The notes below the pieces were generated by a model that searched no databases, had not been told where the DNA came from, and saw only the letters and a program-made list of their open reading frames with translations. From NCBI GenBank assembly GCA_963709345.1, contig CAVPVX010000004.1:32001-96000 (forward strand): 64,000 nucleotides of DNA, in the 5' to 3' direction. Positions 9,808 through 18,684 of the stretch are shown piece after piece. How positions within the stretch are numbered: position 1 is the stretch's first letter; each line of letters starts with the position of its first letter. This DNA comes from an uncultured Actinomycetes bacterium (GTDB taxonomy: Bacteria > Actinomycetota > Thermoleophilia > UBA2241). Made by a program: the position numbers and the translations under genes.

Positions 9808-9835
9808 GTATCGGCAACGGGCCACGGGAGCTTGA
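9808..9835 (-). promoter_or_regulatory. sigma28 (FliA/WhiG/SigD)-type promoter
   Basis: TCAAG-N15-GCCGATAC on the minus strand. Confidence 0.72.
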
Positions 9836-9972
9836 GGCCCCATGTGGGGATCGTGCGGCCTGGCGCGGAGCGGCCGGCCTCCGTGATTGGGCGCCGTCTC
9901 GCGGGCCGCCCGCCGCGTGTTCCGCGTCTGGTAAGCTACCGTGACCGCGTGGTCGCGAGTCAGGGAGTATGC

Positions 9973-10125
9973 GTGTTCCCGTACTACGATGACATCGTCA
10001 CTGCCGTGCCCGAGTACGACCGGTATCTCGGACTCACCGCGCTCGAGGCGTCCACGGACAGGCTGACCGCGCTCCATGCCGGCAAGCGCGCCGGGCGCGA
10101 CCGAGTCGTGGTGGGTGGCCGGTGA
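9973..10125 (+). pseudogene. chimeric remnant ORF: N-terminus of an unrelated protein fused to a GGDEF C-terminal tail
   Basis: VFPYYDDIVTAVPEYDRYLGLTALEASTDRL followed by TALHAGKRAGRDRVVV, compare AALYVAKRAGKDRVET in the next gene; GGGAG RBS and TGgTAAGCT promoter retained. Confidence 0.5.
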
Positions 10126-10156
10126 GCCGTCGTGCCGGCCGGGAGGGTCGGCGCCG

Positions 10157-12337
10157 ATGAGCCGGCGCCGCGAGCAAGGGGAGGCGTTCGCCCTCGCATC
10201 GGACCTGAGACTGGCCATCGCCGCGAGCCCGGGCCTGGGGGAGATGCTGTCCGTGATCGCGCGTCGCGTCACCGAGACGCTCGGCGTATCCGAGTGCGAC
10301 ATCTACGAATACCGGCCGGAGGCGGGCGCGCTTGTGGCCACCGCGCTTTGGACGGCCGAGTCCGACGCCAGGGATGCCGAGTGGCTCGGCAGCGCGTTCG
10401 CGGTCTCCGGCCGCCCGAGCTACGAGCGTCTGCTGGCGGAGCGCACCATCCGCCAGCACCACGTTGACGACCTCGAGACGCCGGCGCAAGACAGGGAGAT
10501 CATGGAGCGCTGGGGCGAGAAGAGCGTGCTGTCGGTGCCGCTCCTGTTCCAGGACGCCGTCATCGGCGCCCTCACGCTCGTCGAGAAGCGCGCACCACGG
10601 CGGTTCACGGACGACGAGGTGAGCCTGCTCGAGCTGCTTGCTGTGCCGGCCGCGGTGGCCGTCAACAACGCACGCATGTTCCGGCGCGAGGCGGAACAGA
10701 GCCGCCGCCTGGGAGCGCTTCTCAGCGCCAGCCGCGTGATGACCTCGACCATCGACCTCGACCGGCTCCTCGCGACCATCACCCGGGCCGCGCGCGAGGC
10801 TCTGGACACCGCTGAGTGCGCGATCAACACGTACGACGCGGAAGCGGAAGAGCTGACCGTCGTTTCTCTGGACCAGCGTGAGCCGGAGCCTGAGGGAGAG
10901 CGCTGGATCGGCAGGACGTACAGCCTTGCCGACTTCCCCGCCGACCGCGAGATCCTCTACGGCGGCAGGCTCGTCGAGGAGAGGGTCTCCGACCCGGAGA
11001 CGGACGAGCGCAACAGGGCCGACATGCTGAGGAACGGCGAGACGAGCTTCCTCAGCGTCCCGCTCGTGTACGAGGGCCGGCCGACCGGCCTGCTCGTGTT
11101 CATCGAGACCGACGTCGAGCGGCGCTTCGCCGAGGAGGAGCGCGGCCTGGCCGCCGCCCTGGGAGAGCAGGCGGCGGCGGCCATCCACCACGCCCAGCTC
11201 ATGCGTGAGGCCGAGACCCAGAACCGGCGGCTCGCGCTGCTCCTCGAGTCGACCCGGGCGATCAGCTCGAGCGTCGACCTGGAGGACGTGCTCAACACGG
11301 TGGCCCGGACGGCTGGCGAGCTGCTCGGCAGCGAGGAATGCCAGATCCAGGAGTACGACCGCGCCGCGAACACGGTGAAGCCCGTCGCGCTCTGGCAACG
11401 CCGACCAGACGAGCTCTCGCCGCAGAGCCTCGGCCAGACCTTCTCGCTCGATGACGAGCCGGCCGAGCACGACTTCCTCGGGGCCTGCGAGGTGCTCGAG
11501 CAGCGGTACTCCGACCCGGATCTGCCGGAGACCACGCGGGAGGCCTTCGAACGCTTCGGCGACCGCGCCTACCTGAACGTGCCGCTCGTCTTCAACGGCG
11601 GGCCGGTGGGCGTCCTGGTCCTGGTCGAAAAGGAACAGGAGCGGCGTTGGACGAACGACGAGGTGGCGCTGGCGCAGGGACTTGCCGAGCAGGCGGCAGT
11701 CGCCATCGAGCACGCCCGCCTGTACAAGCGGGTACAGGACCAGGCGGTCACCGATGGGCTCACCGGGCTGTTCAACCACCGCTACTTCTACGAGCGTCTC
11801 GACCAGGAGATCGCCCGAGCCCGGCGCTATGGCACCCCCGTCTCGCTGCTCATGATCGACCTGGACGACTTCAAGGCGTTCAACGACCGGAACGGCCACG
11901 TTGCCGGCGACGCGGTGCTGCGCACCCTGGCCGCCGTGTTGCGCTCCGAGCTACGGCAGAATCTCGACATCGCCGCTCGCTACGGCGGGGAGGAGTTCGC
12001 CGTGATCCTCCCCAACACACCGGTCGACGGTGCGTCGGAGGCGCAGATGGAGATGGATCTCACCGGCAGGATCGTTGAGGGCGGCCGCGGCGGTGACCCG
12101 CCGCCCCCCGGGCATCGCGAAGGCGCGGAGCTTGTCGCCGAGCGCATTCGCCGGCGCATCGCCTCGACCCGGTTCGCGGGCGCCGGCGGGGACATCCTGC
12201 CCGGCCTCACGGTGAGCATCGGCGTCGCCGTCTTCCCGGGGCGCACCACGCAGCCGGAGAGCCTTGTGGGGCACGCCGACGCGGCGCTCTACGTGGCGAA
12301 GCGCGCCGGCAAGGACCGCGTGGAGACGTATGGATGA
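10157..12337 (+). CDS. diguanylate cyclase with three GAF domains
   Basis: Three repeats of LSVPL...G.L...E....R.F...E; DGLTGLFNHRYF, IDLDDFKAFND, RYGGEEF, ADAALYVAK. Confidence 0.93.
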   Translation: MSRRREQGEAFALASDLRLAIAASPGLGEMLSVIARRVTETLGVSECDIYEYRPEAGALVATALWTAESDARDAEWLGSAFAVSGRPSYERLLAERTIRQHHVDDLETPAQDREIMERWGEKSVLSVPLLFQDAVIGALTLVEKRAPRRFTDDEVSLLELLAVPAAVAVNNARMFRREAEQSRRLGALLSASRVMTSTIDLDRLLATITRAAREALDTAECAINTYDAEAEELTVVSLDQREPEPEGERWIGRTYSLADFPADREILYGGRLVEERVSDPETDERNRADMLRNGETSFLSVPLVYEGRPTGLLVFIETDVERRFAEEERGLAAALGEQAAAAIHHAQLMREAETQNRRLALLLESTRAISSSVDLEDVLNTVARTAGELLGSEECQIQEYDRAANTVKPVALWQRRPDELSPQSLGQTFSLDDEPAEHDFLGACEVLEQRYSDPDLPETTREAFERFGDRAYLNVPLVFNGGPVGVLVLVEKEQERRWTNDEVALAQGLAEQAAVAIEHARLYKRVQDQAVTDGLTGLFNHRYFYERLDQEIARARRYGTPVSLLMIDLDDFKAFNDRNGHVAGDAVLRTLAAVLRSELRQNLDIAARYGGEEFAVILPNTPVDGASEAQMEMDLTGRIVEGGRGGDPPPPGHREGAELVAERIRRRIASTRFAGAGGDILPGLTVSIGVAVFPGRTTQPESLVGHADAALYVAKRAGKDRVETYG

Positions 12338-13913
12338 GCGCGCCGGGATGAAGCGCGTCGGCGGATCGCTCGCGGGCGCAGTGCCCGGGCGTGAGGCCGG
12401 CGACCTCCTGACCGCGGTCGTCGCGACTGTCGGCGATTCGCTCGACGTCTGGTCAGTCGACCTGTGGACCTTCAGTCGCGACGCCGACACGCTCGTGTGT
12501 CGCGCCTACTGGTGCCGTGACGGCGCCGCCGCCGGGTGTCTCGGCGCGGTCGTCGCCCTCGACCAGAGCCACGACCTTCGTCGGCTGGTGCTGGCGGCCG
12601 AATCCGTGGAGCGGCACGTCGACGACGATCTGTCTCCCGCGGACGCGGCCGCGCTGACGCAGCGCGGCTATACGACCCGCATCGATCTGCCGCTGCTGGC
12701 CGGCGCCGAAGTGCTCGGCGTGCTGAGCCTCGCCGAGACGCGGTCGGTGCGGCGCCTCTCGGACGCCGACCGAAGCCGGCTCCAGGCGCTGGCCCGGCTC
12801 GCCGCGGTCGTGATCCGCACGACTGAGCTGTACGAGGCGGAGTCCGACCGCGGGCGTCGGCTCGTGGCCTTGCTTGATGCGGGCCGTGGCATGGCGTCCA
12901 CGCTCGAGGTCAGGGCGATGGTCGCTGCTATCCGGGGCGAGGCTGCCAGTCTCCTCCCGGGAGCGCCGTGCGAGGCGGACGTGGTTCTGCGGCAGGACGA
13001 CGGCTCGTACGCGCGTGTTGCGGCGAGCGATGTGGGCGACCGCCCGGGCGCCGCCGGGTGGCGCGCCGACGCTCTGGCTCGTCAGGCCGTCGACCTGCGG
13101 CGCCCGGAGCAGGATCGGACGAGCGACGGGCGGGCTCGCCTGCTCTTGCCGCTGGTCGCCGCGGGTCGAGCGCTCGGCTATCTCGAGCTGACGGCAGCGC
13201 TTGAGCGCCGGTATCGGGAGCGCGAGGTGGAGCTGGCCATGCTCCTCGCGGACCAGGCGTCGGGCGCTCTCGAGAACGCTCGCGCCTATCGCGCCGTCGA
13301 GAACCGCTCGGCGACCGACACGCTCACCGGCGTGTACAGCCGCTGGTACTTCTACGAGCGGCTGTACGCCGAGGTCGCCCGGTCTCGCCGCTACCACCAG
13401 CCGTTGTCGCTCGTCGTCGCCGAGCTGGACGGATACGACGACCTCGTGACCGACCGCGGCGCCGGAGTCCGCGACGCGGTGCTCGTCGCGATCGCGCGTC
13501 TGCTGGTCAACAGCCTTCGCCAGAAAGTCGATGTGGCGTGCCGGCTGGGAGGAGGCCGATTCGGGCTGCTCCTGCCCGCCACGCTGCATGGGCCGGGGGG
13601 CGCCGGACTGGTGGCGGAGCGCGTGCGGCGGACCGTCGACGAGACGCGACTGGTCGACGACGACCTGGGGCCGCTGGGCCGCTTCACCATGAGCCTCGGG
13701 GTCGCCGGCTACCCCGGCGATGCGGACGATGCGGACGAGTTGGCGGCGTCAGCTGAGGAGATGCTCGGGCGGGCGCGCGCTGCCGGCGGCGACAGGGTGG
13801 AGCCGCCGTTGCCGGAGCCCGAGGAAGAGGCTCTCGAGGATCAAGCTCCCGATGCGGAGGGGCAGGCGGGCGCGGACGAGGGCGCGGACGCACCCGGCGG
13901 CGGCGCTAGCTAG
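12330..13913 (+). CDS. GAF-GAF protein with degenerate GGDEF domain
   Basis: DTLTGVYSRWYF; active site reads RLGGGRF; AELDGY in place of DLDxFK; overlaps the upstream DGC stop. Confidence 0.88.
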   Translation: MDERAGMKRVGGSLAGAVPGREAGDLLTAVVATVGDSLDVWSVDLWTFSRDADTLVCRAYWCRDGAAAGCLGAVVALDQSHDLRRLVLAAESVERHVDDDLSPADAAALTQRGYTTRIDLPLLAGAEVLGVLSLAETRSVRRLSDADRSRLQALARLAAVVIRTTELYEAESDRGRRLVALLDAGRGMASTLEVRAMVAAIRGEAASLLPGAPCEADVVLRQDDGSYARVAASDVGDRPGAAGWRADALARQAVDLRRPEQDRTSDGRARLLLPLVAAGRALGYLELTAALERRYREREVELAMLLADQASGALENARAYRAVENRSATDTLTGVYSRWYFYERLYAEVARSRRYHQPLSLVVAELDGYDDLVTDRGAGVRDAVLVAIARLLVNSLRQKVDVACRLGGGRFGLLLPATLHGPGGAGLVAERVRRTVDETRLVDDDLGPLGRFTMSLGVAGYPGDADDADELAASAEEMLGRARAAGGDRVEPPLPEPEEEALEDQAPDAEGQAGADEGADAPGGGAS

Positions 13914-15664
13914 ACTCGGCCCAGCGCGGAGAGCGTGTCGAGCATCGCAGGGTCGCCGCCGAGCACCTGCGTCGCGGCGCCTTCGACGCGCGCCGCCATG
14001 GCGTCGACGAAGTACTGCGTCACCAGGAGCTTGCGCGCGTCGTGCTGCGCCGCCCGCAGCAGGAGATAGCCACAGACCACGTCGATGCTCATGTCGGTGA
14101 GGCGGCGGGCGTGGAAGTCGCGGAAGCGCACGTCGTCGAGCTCGCGCACACGGGCGATCGCCTCGGCGAGGCGCGCGCGGGCGTGCCTCACGCGCGCGAG
14201 CAGCTCCGGTGTCGCCGAGAAGTCCTCGGAGTCGTACGCGTCGAGCCGGCCGGCCAGCGTGCCGCCGAGGATCGCGCCGATGGCGGCCACGACCTGCAGC
14301 TGCGTCGTGCCCTCGTAGATGTTGGTGATGCGCGCGTCTCGCGCGTGACGCTCCACGGCGAAGTCGCGCATGTAGCCCGACCCGCCATGCACCTGGAGCG
14401 AGTCGTAAGCGACCGTGTTGGCCATCTCCGTGCAGCAGGCCTTGGCGAGCGGGGTGAACAGCGCGGCGAGGCGCGTGTACTGCCTGAGCTCGCCGCGCAA
14501 CGCCTTGACGTCGGTCTCGGGGCCGGCCGGCGAGGCTTCGCCGGCCTTCGTTGTCGCCTGGACCTGCGCGATGCGGTGCTCGAGCACTTCCTTCAGGTCG
14601 ACGATGAGCGCCGTCTCGTAGAGCAGGGCGCGCGCAGCTTCGACGGAGACCGTCATGTCGGCGAGCATCGCCTTGACGGCGGTGAGGTCGCCGATGGGCG
14701 CCCCGAACTGGACGCGCTCGCCGGCGTACTTGACGGCCGCCCGGTACGCCGCCTCGGCGATTCCCTGCGCCTGCGCGGCGATCGCCAGGCGGGCGCCGTT
14801 CATCAGGCTCATGACGTACGTGGTGAGGCCGCGGCGGCGCTCGCCGATGAGCAGCGCCGGTGCGTCGTCGAACTGCAGCTCACAGGTCGGCGAGCCGTGG
14901 ATGCCGAGCTTGTCCTCGAGTCGGCGGATGCGCATGTGCTCGTCGCGCTCGTAGAGGAACATGCTGAGCCCGCGGGCGTCGGTCGTGCCCTCTTCGGAGC
15001 GCGCCAGGACGAGGCTGATCTGGCCGCAGCCGTTGGTGATGAAGCGCTTGACTCCGCTCAGACGCCAGGTGCCGTCCGGCTGCTCCGTGGCCTTGAGCTG
15101 GACGTTCTGCAGGTCGCTGCCGGCTTCGGGCTCGGTGAGCGCCATGCTGCCGGTGACCTCGCCGCTGGCGAAGCGCGGCAGGTACGCCGCCTTCATCTGG
15201 TCGCCCGCGAACTTGTTCACGGTCTCGCTGATGTCCTGAAGGCCGAAGATGTTCATGAGCGAGGGGTCGGCGCGGCTCACCATCTCGACGATCATCACGC
15301 TGATCGAGATAGGGAAGTTGAGGCCGCCGTACTCTCGGGGGAGGGTGATGCCCAGGAGATCTGCCTGCTTGAGGCGCTCGAGACCCTGGGCGATGCCCGG
15401 CGCGTAGCAGACCTCGCCCTCGATGAGCTCACTGCCGGCACGGTCGGCGTCTTCGGCGCGCGGCTCGATGTAGTCCCCGGAGATCTCGCCGGCGATGCCC
15501 AGCGTGCGCTCGTACGAGTCGATCGCGTCCTCGAAGTCCTTCGGCGCGTAGGCGAAGTCGTCCGCCTGGCGGTAGTCGTCCTCGCGCAGGCGCACCACGC
15601 GAGCCAGGTCGAGCCGCCGAAGGGTCGCCTGGAGGTCCGGGTTGTCGCTGTAGAAGTCGGTCAC
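13910..15664 (-). CDS. acyl-CoA dehydrogenase
   Basis: MALTEPEAGSDL, GVKRFITNG, EDKLGIHGSPTC, QVHGGSGYM, TNIYEGTTQLQ. Confidence 0.93.
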   Translation of the reverse strand: MTDFYSDNPDLQATLRRLDLARVVRLREDDYRQADDFAYAPKDFEDAIDSYERTLGIAGEISGDYIEPRAEDADRAGSELIEGEVCYAPGIAQGLERLKQADLLGITLPREYGGLNFPISISVMIVEMVSRADPSLMNIFGLQDISETVNKFAGDQMKAAYLPRFASGEVTGSMALTEPEAGSDLQNVQLKATEQPDGTWRLSGVKRFITNGCGQISLVLARSEEGTTDARGLSMFLYERDEHMRIRRLEDKLGIHGSPTCELQFDDAPALLIGERRRGLTTYVMSLMNGARLAIAAQAQGIAEAAYRAAVKYAGERVQFGAPIGDLTAVKAMLADMTVSVEAARALLYETALIVDLKEVLEHRIAQVQATTKAGEASPAGPETDVKALRGELRQYTRLAALFTPLAKACCTEMANTVAYDSLQVHGGSGYMRDFAVERHARDARITNIYEGTTQLQVVAAIGAILGGTLAGRLDAYDSEDFSATPELLARVRHARARLAEAIARVRELDDVRFRDFHARRLTDMSIDVVCGYLLLRAAQHDARKLLVTQYFVDAMAARVEGAATQVLGGDPAMLDTLSALGRV

Positions 15665-16848
15665 GGCGCACCTCCGTCGGACGTCGCCGGGGCGCCGGCC
15701 GGTGCGGGAGCGGCTTCGCCGCCCGCGCCCTTGCTCCTGTACGCGGCGATCAGCTGGGGGATGACTTTGTGCAGATCGCCGACGATGCCGTAGTGCGCGA
15801 CGCTGAAGATCGGCGCCAGCGGGTCGTCGTTGACCGCGAGGATGCGGGCGCTCTGGTCCATGCCGGCGCGGTGCTGCACTGACCCGCTGATACCGCAGGC
15901 GATGTAGAGCTTGGGGCGGACCGTGGTGCCGGTCTGGCCGACCTGGTGCTCGTGAGCGACCCAGCCCGCGTCCACGGCGGCGCGGCTGGCGCCGACGACG
16001 CCGCCGAGCGTGCGCGCCAGCTGCTCGACCAGGGCGAAGCCCTCGCGGGAGCCGACACCCACGCCGCCGGCGACGACCACGCGCGCGCCCTTGAGATCGA
16101 CGCGCTTCTCCTCCTGTACGCGGCGCACCAGCCTGACGGCGAACTCGGCGTCGGTGAGTGTGACACCGCGCACAACGTGAATAGGGTCGGACGTGCGCGT
16201 CACCGGCACGGCGACGATGGTGCCGTCGCGCCGCCGATCCTCCTCGGGCATGACCATGACGCCTTCGCGCACCGTGGCCATCTGTGGCCGGTGCAGCGGG
16301 CTGATGATGGTGGCGATGATGTTGCCGCCGAAGGCCGGGCGGATCTGGTACAGCAGATCTCGGTACTCCTCGCCCTTCAAGACGTGATCGCCGATGCGCA
16401 GGTCGGTGCAGTCGGCGGTGAGGCCGGTGCGCAGGGCGCTGGCCACGCGCGGCGCGAGGTCGCGACCGGTGGTGGTGGCGCCGTACAGGACGATCTGCGG
16501 CCGGTGTTCGCGTATCAGGCTGCTGACGACCGCGGCGTACGGCTGCGCCAGGTAGTGGGCGAGGTCGCCGTGCTCGACGAAGTAGACGGTGTCGGCGCCG
16601 CGGGCGACGAGCTCCGTGGCGATGCTTTCGAGGGCGTCGCCTGCCCCGATGAGGACGGCGCCGACCTGCGCGCCGAGCGTGTCGGCCAGCTCGCGGGCGC
16701 GGCCGAGCAGCTCGAGGCTGACCTCGGCCGCGACGCCGTCGTGCTGCTCGACGACGACCCAGACGTCGCCGCGCGGAGCGCCTTCGGCGGGCGCGGCTGC
16801 GTTCCCTGCGGCGCCGTCCACGGGGGCGCCTCCCCTCACCTCATCCAA
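15661..16848 (-). CDS. etfA: electron transfer flavoprotein alpha subunit
   Basis: GLTADCT, RPAFGGNIIATI, GASRAAVDAGW, QVGQTG, ACGISGSVQHRAGM. Confidence 0.94.
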   Translation of the reverse strand: MDEVRGGAPVDGAAGNAAAPAEGAPRGDVWVVVEQHDGVAAEVSLELLGRARELADTLGAQVGAVLIGAGDALESIATELVARGADTVYFVEHGDLAHYLAQPYAAVVSSLIREHRPQIVLYGATTTGRDLAPRVASALRTGLTADCTDLRIGDHVLKGEEYRDLLYQIRPAFGGNIIATIISPLHRPQMATVREGVMVMPEEDRRRDGTIVAVPVTRTSDPIHVVRGVTLTDAEFAVRLVRRVQEEKRVDLKGARVVVAGGVGVGSREGFALVEQLARTLGGVVGASRAAVDAGWVAHEHQVGQTGTTVRPKLYIACGISGSVQHRAGMDQSARILAVNDDPLAPIFSVAHYGIVGDLHKVIPQLIAAYRSKGAGGEAAPAPAGAPATSDGGAP

Positions 16849-17794
16849 GGATGTGCTCCTCGATCAGCTCGTGCACGAGCTCCGCGATGCCGGCGTCCGT
16901 GGGCTCGACCATGCGTGCCTCGCTCTGGGCGAGCACGACGCTCTCGATCTCCTTGACCCGCGTCGGCGAGCCGCGGAGGCCGAGCGCTTCGCGGTCGGCG
17001 GCCAGCGCTTCGTGATCCCATTGCACGACTTTGGCGCGGCACACGGGCTTGCCGTCGCGACCGAGCATGCAGACCTCGGAGGCGTCGTTCTCGGGGTCGA
17101 GGTAGGTGTCGTCGTAGTCGGGCATGGCCTCGGCGGCGATACCCTTGTAGGTCATGACGAGCTTGACGCTCGGCGGGCGCGGGTCGTTGGCCTCACCGGT
17201 GACGGTGAGCAGGCAGGGAAGCGAGCCGACGAGCGTCTCGAAGCCGCCCTCGATGCTGCGCGTGGCGGTGACGGAGCCTGGGGCCGCCGAGCCGTCCGCG
17301 CGGGGGTCGGCTGCGCTGCCCGGCGCCACCAGCTCGTCGATGCGGCTCACGCAGGTGATCTGCGGGTAGCCGAGTTTCTCGGCCGTCTGAGGGCCGACCT
17401 GGGCGGTGTCGCCGTCGATCGCCTGGCGGCCGCAGAGCACGAGGTCGGCGCCGCCGAGCTTCCTGATCGCCAGGGAGAGCGCGTAGCTGGTCGCCAGCGT
17501 GTCGGCGCCGGCGAACGCCTTGTCGGTGAGCAGGATGACCTCGTCGGCGCCGCGGTAGAGCGACTCGCGCAGCACCTGCGTGGCGGCCGGCGGCCCCATG
17601 GTGACCACGGTGACGCGGGCGTCGTGACGGTCCCGGAGCTTGAGCGCTTCTTCGAGCGCGTTCAGGTCTTCGGGGTTGAAGACGGCCGGCAGCGCCGCCC
17701 GGTTGACGGTGCCGTCTTCCTTCATGGCCTCGCCGGTCACGTTGGCCGTGTCGGGGACCTGCTTCACGAGAACCACGATGCGCAGTTGAGGCAT
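16841..17794 (-). CDS. etfB: electron transfer flavoprotein beta subunit
   Basis: VKQVPDT, NPED, TMGPP, AGADTLATS, GRQAIDGDTAQVGP. Confidence 0.94.
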   Translation of the reverse strand: MPQLRIVVLVKQVPDTANVTGEAMKEDGTVNRAALPAVFNPEDLNALEEALKLRDRHDARVTVVTMGPPAATQVLRESLYRGADEVILLTDKAFAGADTLATSYALSLAIRKLGGADLVLCGRQAIDGDTAQVGPQTAEKLGYPQITCVSRIDELVAPGSAADPRADGSAAPGSVTATRSIEGGFETLVGSLPCLLTVTGEANDPRPPSVKLVMTYKGIAAEAMPDYDDTYLDPENDASEVCMLGRDGKPVCRAKVVQWDHEALAADREALGLRGSPTRVKEIESVVLAQSEARMVEPTDAGIAELVHELIEEHILG

Positions 17795-17879
17795 GTCAGG
17801 CGTCCAGGGTCGCGGAGATGTGAGTGTGACGACGCGCGTGCACGGAGCCGAGAGAGTACCAGAAGGTGCCGGGTGCGGC

Positions 17880-17904
17880 AAAAAGGGACCGGCCTTGCCG
17901 GCCC
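17880..17904 (-). terminator. intrinsic terminator after the SH3 gene pair
   Basis: Minus strand GGGCCGGC-AAG-GCCGGTCC followed by CTTTTT. Confidence 0.7.
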
Positions 17905-17906
17905 GG

Positions 17907-18260
17907 TCAGTCCGGGTCGACGACGTTGCCCGGCACCCAGCCGGAGTGGCCGGTGGAGGTGCGGCAGAGCCACCAGCCGCCGGCCTCGTCGAGGACCTCG
18001 AGCAGCTCGCCCTTCGAGACGGTCAGCTCGGTGGCATCGTAGTCGCGCAGGGCGGTGCCCTCGTGCGCTCCCGTCATCTCGATGTACGCGTCAGGAACCC
18101 AGCCGGCGCGGCCGGCCTGGTCGGTGCCCCACACGTAGGCGGTCCACTGCCGGTTGTGGTGGCCGACGCCGATGGTGTCCCCGGCGCGGAGCCGGACCGG
18201 GTTCGGGTCGCTGGCGACGCGTGGCGTGACGACGCGCACGCGCTGCGGTAGTCTCGTCAT
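17907..18260 (-). CDS. tandem SH3-domain protein
   Basis: GWVPDAYI ends domain 1; ALRDYDATELTVSKGELLEVLDEAGGWWLC...GWVPGNVV is domain 2. Confidence 0.85.
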   Translation of the reverse strand: MTRLPQRVRVVTPRVASDPNPVRLRAGDTIGVGHHNRQWTAYVWGTDQAGRAGWVPDAYIEMTGAHEGTALRDYDATELTVSKGELLEVLDEAGGWWLCRTSTGHSGWVPGNVVDPD

Positions 18261-18622
18261 TCGCGTCCCTCGACGTCCTCGACGCCCGAGACGGGCACCC
18301 ACCCTTCGATGCCGGCGGCGTTGCGGCAGCGCAGGAAGTCGCCGACCTCTTCGAGCACCTCGAGCGTCTCGCCGGCGGTGGCCGTGAGGTGGCTCGAGTC
18401 GTAGTCCCGCCAGGCGATCGCGGCGCCGGGGTCCACGATCTCGATGTACTCCTCCGGCACCGAGCCGTGATGCCCGTCTTCAGTGGCGCACCAGACGAAG
18501 GCCGGGTGCTGCTGGTTGCGGGGTCCCACGCCGACTACGTCACCGGGGCGGATGCTGATCGTGTCGATGTGGTCGCGCGGTCGCGAGGCGGTCGCGCGCA
18601 CTCTGTTCGCAAACGTGCGCAT
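18257..18622 (-). CDS. tandem SH3-domain protein (paralogue of neighbour)
   Basis: GSVPEEYI; AWRDYDSSHLTATAGETLEVLEEVGDFLRC...GWVPVS; ATGA overlap with the downstream paralogue. Confidence 0.82.
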   Translation of the reverse strand: MRTFANRVRATASRPRDHIDTISIRPGDVVGVGPRNQQHPAFVWCATEDGHHGSVPEEYIEIVDPGAAIAWRDYDSSHLTATAGETLEVLEEVGDFLRCRNAAGIEGWVPVSGVEDVEGRE

Positions 18623-18684
18623 ATGAGCATTGTAGACTGGTTCGGCCATCTTCACAGCGGGTGATGCGGTATGATGAGCGGCCT

